Below are positions 62,320-64,000 of a DNA stretch of 64,000 bases, one piece after another. Below the pieces are notes generated by a model. That model was not told the origin of the DNA and did not search any database. It was given only the letters and a program-made list of their open reading frames with translations. The translations under genes and the position numbers were made by a program. The stretch spans positions 8,240-72,239 of the forward strand of contig CBEVQY010000009.1 of the NCBI GenBank assembly GCA_965552135.1. The letters run 5' to 3'. Positions within the stretch are counted from its first letter, which is position 1, and each line of letters starts with the position of its first letter. The DNA is from an uncultured bacterium. Lineage in GTDB: Bacteria > UBP14 > UBA6098 > B30-G16.

Positions 62320-64000
62320 TCAGTTTGGATTCTCCCCTTTCATTCCCCAAAGCTGCTGTCTGAGGACCTCGAGGCGTTCGGAAAGATCCCTCTCCTTGCG
62401 GCGTTCCTGCTCCACGACGTTCCGCGGAGCCTTCGAGAGGAACTGCTCGTTCGAAAGCTTCGACCTCGTTGCGGAAAGCGCCTTCTCGAGCCTCGAGACC
62501 TCCCGCTCCAGCCGCGCTATCTCCTTGTCTATGTCGACTATGCCTTCAAGCGGCAGGTACACCTCGCCCTTTGCGGTTGCCGCGACTCCGCAGGGGGATT
62601 TCGGTTTGCCGTCGGCGACGACGAAGTCGTCGATGCGGGCGAGGAACTTCACAAGCTCCGCGTGCGAGACCACCGAAGCGGCGGAGTCGTCGCGGGGAAC
62701 GAAGTGAACCTCGCCAACCCTCTTCGTCCCGATGCCAACGGCGGCTTTGATGCCTCTTATCGCCACAACCGCCTCCTGCAGCGCCGAGAACTCCTCCTCA
62801 GCCGCGAGATCAAGCCAGTCCTCGAACTCCTCGGGCTGCGGGTAGGGGGCGATCATTATGCTTTTGACCTCGTCCGTAACGAGCCCTTCCACGACCGTGC
62901 CGAGCCTGTGCCAAAGCTCCTCGGTGAGGTAGGGCAGGACGGGGTGCATAAGTCGCAGAAGTGGTTCGAACACAGCAAGCGCCACCACCTTTTCGTCCCT
63001 GTCGACCGGCAGACGGAGCTTTGCCCCCTCGAGGAACCAGTCGCAGAACTCCCGCCAGAAGAACCTGTGAAGCGCCGAGACGGCTTCGTCGAGGCGAAAG
63101 CTCTCGAAAGCCTCGTTGACCTCGCGGACGGCGCGGGCAAAGCGAGAGCAAATCCACCTGTCCAGAAGAGAGCTGGGCTTTGGCGACGAAAGCTCGTCCT
63201 TGCTTATGCGGTCGTCGCCGATGTTGAGGAAGAGGAGTCGGCTTGCGTTCCACACCTTGTTCGCGAAGTTGCGACCCACCTCAAACGACTTCATCTCCAA
63301 AAACAGGTCCTGCCCTGCGGCAGCCTGGGAGATGAGCGTGTACCTGAGGGCGTCGCGACCGTAGAGCCTGACGACATCGAGCGGGTCGATGCCGTTGCCA
63401 AGCGACTTCGACATCTTCCTGCCCAGGGCATCCCTCACCGTGCCGTGGATGTATACGGTGTGGAACGGCTTTTCGCCCATAAAGTGCAGCCCGGCCATGA
63501 TCATCCGCGCAACCCAGAAGAATATTATCTCCGAAGCCGTCACGAGGACGTCGGTGGGGTAGAAGCGCTTGATGTCTTCGGTCTGTTCGGGCCATCCGAG
63601 GGTGGAGAAGGGCCAAAGCCACGACGAAAACCACGTATCGAGCACGTCGGGGTCCTGCCTGAGGGGGACATCTTTGCCGTAGTGGTCCTTCGCGAGGCGG
63701 CGGGCTTCCTCCTCTTCGACCGCAACGAACTCCGCGCCGTCGGGACCATACCAAACGGGTATCCTGTGTCCCCACCAAAGCTGCCGCGAAATGCACCAGT
63801 CCCTTATGTTCTCGAGCCAGTTGAAGTACACGCCCTCCCATCTTTTTGGCAAAAACCGCACCTCGCCGCGCTTGACTACGTCGATGGCGGGTTTTGCCAA
63901 AGGCTTCATCCGAACGAACCACTGGGTCGAAAGGTAAGGCTCAACGACGGTGCCGCACCTGTAGCAGTGACCTATCGCGTGGGTGTGCTTCTCGACCTTG
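62320..64000 (-). CDS. valS: Valine--tRNA ligase, C-terminal ~560 codons (gene continues past window end)
   Basis: The frame stays open upstream of the track Met (hand translation ...HAIGHCYRCGTVVEPYLSTQWFVRMKPLAKP). It has the KMSKS motif and a C-terminal coiled coil. Confidence 0.95.
   Translation of the reverse strand, partial: KVEKHTHAIGHCYRCGTVVEPYLSTQWFVRMKPLAKPAIDVVKRGEVRFLPKRWEGVYFNWLENIRDWCISRQLWWGHRIPVWYGPDGAEFVAVEEEEARRLAKDHYGKDVPLRQDPDVLDTWFSSWLWPFSTLGWPEQTEDIKRFYPTDVLVTASEIIFFWVARMIMAGLHFMGEKPFHTVYIHGTVRDALGRKMSKSLGNGIDPLDVVRLYGRDALRYTLISQAAAGQDLFLEMKSFEVGRNFANKVWNASRLLFLNIGDDRISKDELSSPKPSSLLDRWICSRFARAVREVNEAFESFRLDEAVSALHRFFWREFCDWFLEGAKLRLPVDRDEKVVALAVFEPLLRLMHPVLPYLTEELWHRLGTVVEGLVTDEVKSIMIAPYPQPEEFEDWLDLAAEEEFSALQEAVVAIRGIKAAVGIGTKRVGEVHFVPRDDSAASVVSHAELVKFLARIDDFVVADGKPKSPCGVAATAKGEVYLPLEGIVDIDKEIARLEREVSRLEKALSATRSKLSNEQFLSKAPRNVVEQERRKERDLSERLEVLRQQLWGMKGENPN

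Overview
GC-rich chromosomal segment (hand counts of sample stretches about 60-65% G+C). It is densely packed with about 55 protein genes and 2 tRNAs, and almost all of it is core housekeeping.

Gene order:
- gyrB (partial), comM
- a sigma-54 locus: secreted helical-repeat protein, rpoN, small membrane protein
- ABC-class ATPase of unknown function, lptD, hup
- a lone RND permease, tldD, a lone ecfT preceded by a zinc-ribbon/GYF membrane protein, ilvE
- a citD-citE-like pair, a TPR protein, a lipoate-protein-ligase fusion
- divergent tRNA-Leu(CAA) and tRNA-Trp(CCA), then the canonical secE-nusG-rplKAJL-rpoBC-rpsL block
- a TPR lipoprotein, ispG-miaA, patatin, cca
- an acyl-CoA (beta-oxidation/butyrate-type) cluster: crotonase, 3-hydroxyacyl-CoA dehydrogenase, thiolase, nitroreductase, two acyl-CoA dehydrogenases, MeaB plus a B12-binding mutase subunit
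- mltG-ruvX, mutL-pth
- pgsC plus a poly-gamma-glutamate system protein, a membrane-anchored polyferredoxin, rdgB
- an S2P protease, a YhaM-like gene, two parvulin PPIases, valS (partial)

LptD, SurA-like chaperones and a T9SS-type C-terminal sorting domain point to a diderm related to the FCB/Bacteroidota group (inference only). I saw no rRNA, CRISPR array, transposase, integrase or phage gene.

Items worth a second look:
1. A roughly 290-bp array of about 13 degenerate 22-bp repeats in the convergent gap next to ispG.
2. A single low-GC gene for an RNase H-like protein wedged into the acyl-CoA operon.
3. An LplA-DUF116-like fusion.
4. A CitD homolog that lacks its prosthetic-group serine, paired with CitE but no CitF.
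5. A near-consensus sigma-54 promoter driving the gene next to rpoN.
6. pgsC and a PGA-system gene without pgsB.
7. A recurrent AATTTTTG motif that I found only in promoter regions.

All calls were made by eye from the sequence and the ORF track. Family assignments rest on remembered motifs, not on searches. Many ORF-track starts were moved downstream because the N-terminal extensions looked like GC-rich read-through.
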